Source: Nanohaloarchaea archaeon B1-Br10_U2g1
GTDB taxonomy: Archaea; Nanohalarchaeota; Nanosalinia; Nanosalinales; Nanosalinaceae
Length of the DNA stretch: 24,492 bases
Assembly: GCA_001563875.1 (NCBI GenBank)
Contig: LKMN01000009.1
Span: 1 to 24,492 of the forward strand
Reading direction: 5' to 3'
Position numbers and translations under genes: made by a program. Below the pieces are notes generated by a model. The model was not told the origin of the DNA and did not search any database. It worked only from the letters and a program-made list of their open reading frames with translations. Shown one piece after another: positions 22,375-24,492 of the stretch. Within the stretch, counting starts at the first letter, position 1. Each line of letters begins with the position of its first letter.

Positions 22375-24492
22375 ATGAGGAAACTACTTTTAGCAATACT
22401 AACACTATTTTTAATGTTCGGTACTGTTTCTGCAGGCCATATAGATTTTCCTGATCTAACGGTTAACTACTATGAGGATGATTTAGAGGATGCTACGATA
22501 TACTGTAATATGGATGAGGGCGACTGTCCTCAAGAAGATGTCACTGTATGTGATCGTAACTGGTACGTTGCACATGAAGCAACAGGCGGCAGTGTATTCG
22601 GTGATGATGACACGTTGGAATACAGATTCCAATATGATTCTTGGATAGGTGAAGGAGATTACTGGAACATACCTCAAGACATGCATTGTGGCTATGGAAC
22701 ACATGAGTTCAGTGTGGCAGGAGAGTCGGGCGGAGAACTAAGAGTAGAACCCAGCTCGGAGATGGTTCCAAATCCTCACAGAGGAGACAATCTAGTTGTT
22801 AACCTTGAGGACTCCGATGGAGATCATGGTCTCAACGTCAGAAACTTTCATTTAACGAACGATGTCTGGGACTCAGGATATACAGCCCCGGATGATTCTA
22901 CCGGCAGTATTTTCTTACAGAACCACGGATTAGATGGTTTCGATCCATCAGAGCAAGGACACTTCACCCTAGAGCCTGGAGAGGATCCAGTTATATCCCG
23001 AACGCAGGATCTTGCGACTTTCTCAAGTGATAACCAGAATGTGGGAGGAGACGCTACGGACGGAGGAGCGATAAATGCTGTTCTTAGCCAAGGCTTTCAA
23101 GAGGCAGATATCTTTTTGTTCTCGGATGGTTTTAGTAGTGAAGATGGTGGAATACTTTCTTCTTCCCCGGTCCATGAAGACGCTTATTACAGACCTCAAG
23201 GAGAGATAGTGTTAGGTTATGAACCTGTGGCCTACGGAGGTGTTCAGGATGTACAGAGGTATGATCAATTCAGTTCTGCAGCGGAGGAAAAGAATATAAT
23301 AACGAAGACAGACGAGAACTATCGAGTTGATCCTGAGGAAGTCTCAGAGAGTATTGAGATGGTTTGGGACGCAGGCCTTGAATCAGGACAGCAAGACAAT
23401 AAAGTATCTCATACATTAAGTTTTGAGGATAAAGGACATGCAAGAGTAGAGTACAGAAACGATGAAGTAGGCTTAATGGCATCTTTCAATACTCATGCAG
23501 AAGGCGAAGATTCAGTATGGTTCCATTGTGCAGGCTGTGGAGAAGGCGTTTTTGCGGGTGACTACGATCCTGATGAGAACTATGGTCGTCTACCGGTCAC
23601 TTACTCTACAGACAACGAATACACTTTCAAGGCCGAAGAAACGGTTTTCGGGCCTCGATACAGTATTGAACAGAACGGGGAAGAGGTTTGGAGCCACACT
23701 GACGAAGACGTTGTTGGCTTTGATTCATCGAGCTTAGAAACACATTACACATGGCTTGGCACGCCGGGAGATGTTGTTAGATCGCCTTACAATATAGAAG
23801 CTGCTGAAACTTCTGGTGGTCCGGACAACCAACGTTTCTATATATGTCGTGAGGGAGCGACTGTGAAAAACGGTTTCGGAGACGAGGTTCCGCAGACCGT
23901 AGACACCACCGGGGATGGTACGCCAGACTACAGATGTAATGAGGATGCTGGTATTTGGGTTGACTCTGCTGCCTGTGACTCCGGTCTAGACCACGACGAT
24001 GATGGAAGAATAGATGCTCCTTCTTCAAACTATCACGAGAATATAGGAGATGGAAGTGTAGAGCCTGATCCTCTATGCGAATCGACTGATGATGACAAGG
24101 GAGCAGAATCGAAATGCCGAGGCGCAGTAATGGTGGATGAGGCTAATGATGAACCAACGCCCGACGGACCTGGCTGGAAAGTGCTTTACGAAGATGAAGA
24201 CGGTGAATGTAACCTTGACCCCGATGACATATTAGAAGGTCTTCATATAGATGATCTGGATATTGATCAGGACAGTGATAAACTGCTTCACAACTTTAAG
24301 GACGAACCAGAGATCTTCACATGTGATGAAGATGATGGAGCTGAGAACGGTAACGAGATAAGGTCGACGGCATGCAACCAAGCAGATCTAGGGCTTTACG
24401 AAGATCCTAAAGTTTCCTGTGATGACTTCAATGAAGATGATGGGGACGAGGAAGGCTGTAATGATAGACCGGAATGCGCCTGGCACGTAGAC
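22375..24492 (+). CDS. Large secreted Asp/Cys-rich protein, 3'-truncated by the window edge (at least 706 aa; not in ORF track)
   Basis: Read by hand with no stop codon from ATG 22375 to the window end. Signal peptide MRKLLLAILTLFLMFGTVSA, 17 Cys, and DxDxDG-like motifs. Confidence 0.9.
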   Translation, partial: MRKLLLAILTLFLMFGTVSAGHIDFPDLTVNYYEDDLEDATIYCNMDEGDCPQEDVTVCDRNWYVAHEATGGSVFGDDDTLEYRFQYDSWIGEGDYWNIPQDMHCGYGTHEFSVAGESGGELRVEPSSEMVPNPHRGDNLVVNLEDSDGDHGLNVRNFHLTNDVWDSGYTAPDDSTGSIFLQNHGLDGFDPSEQGHFTLEPGEDPVISRTQDLATFSSDNQNVGGDATDGGAINAVLSQGFQEADIFLFSDGFSSEDGGILSSSPVHEDAYYRPQGEIVLGYEPVAYGGVQDVQRYDQFSSAAEEKNIITKTDENYRVDPEEVSESIEMVWDAGLESGQQDNKVSHTLSFEDKGHARVEYRNDEVGLMASFNTHAEGEDSVWFHCAGCGEGVFAGDYDPDENYGRLPVTYSTDNEYTFKAEETVFGPRYSIEQNGEEVWSHTDEDVVGFDSSSLETHYTWLGTPGDVVRSPYNIEAAETSGGPDNQRFYICREGATVKNGFGDEVPQTVDTTGDGTPDYRCNEDAGIWVDSAACDSGLDHDDDGRIDAPSSNYHENIGDGSVEPDPLCESTDDDKGAESKCRGAVMVDEANDEPTPDGPGWKVLYEDEDGECNLDPDDILEGLHIDDLDIDQDSDKLLHNFKDEPEIFTCDEDDGAENGNEIRSTACNQADLGLYEDPKVSCDDFNEDDGDEEGCNDRPECAWHVD

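Noticed and set aside
22483-24028. Short track ORFs at 22483-22704, 23270-23482, 23495-23737 and 23777-24028, suggesting a non-coding or pseudogene region
   Set aside because: All lie inside the single open frame that starts at 22375 and runs off the window.

Overview
Gene-dense, low-GC archaeal window whose very acidic proteins, short intergenic gaps and leaderless-type TATA promoters fit a Nanohaloarchaeota-like (DPANN) halophile. That assignment is inferred from composition and gene content. The backbone is the conserved archaeal translation/secretion cluster: PDCD5-like gene, rpl39e, aIF-6, LX/rpl18a, prefoldin alpha, ftsY, srp54, pus10, rpl21e, rpoF, DUF655, ksgA and a HemK-like methyltransferase. 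rpl31e is absent from its usual place. Accessory genes interrupt the cluster: a tandem DUF7344-like wHTH protein, two coupled and apparently catalytically dead enzymes (alpha/beta hydrolase and DUF429-like RNase H fold), a Vps29-like phosphoesterase, a ydbS/ydbT pair and pyrG. The right third is a cell-envelope region with an 895-aa sequon-rich membrane-anchored protein, a haloarchaeal-type Tat lipoprotein, and a DUF1512 protein that looks like a circularly permuted GPR/YyaC-type aspartic peptidase. It ends with the first 706 codons of a large secreted Cys/Asp-rich protein. Three real ORFs are missing from the supplied ORF track: rpl39e (217-390), LX (1166-1342) and the open-ended ORF starting at 22375. 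No rRNA, tRNA, CRISPR array or mobile element was recognised.
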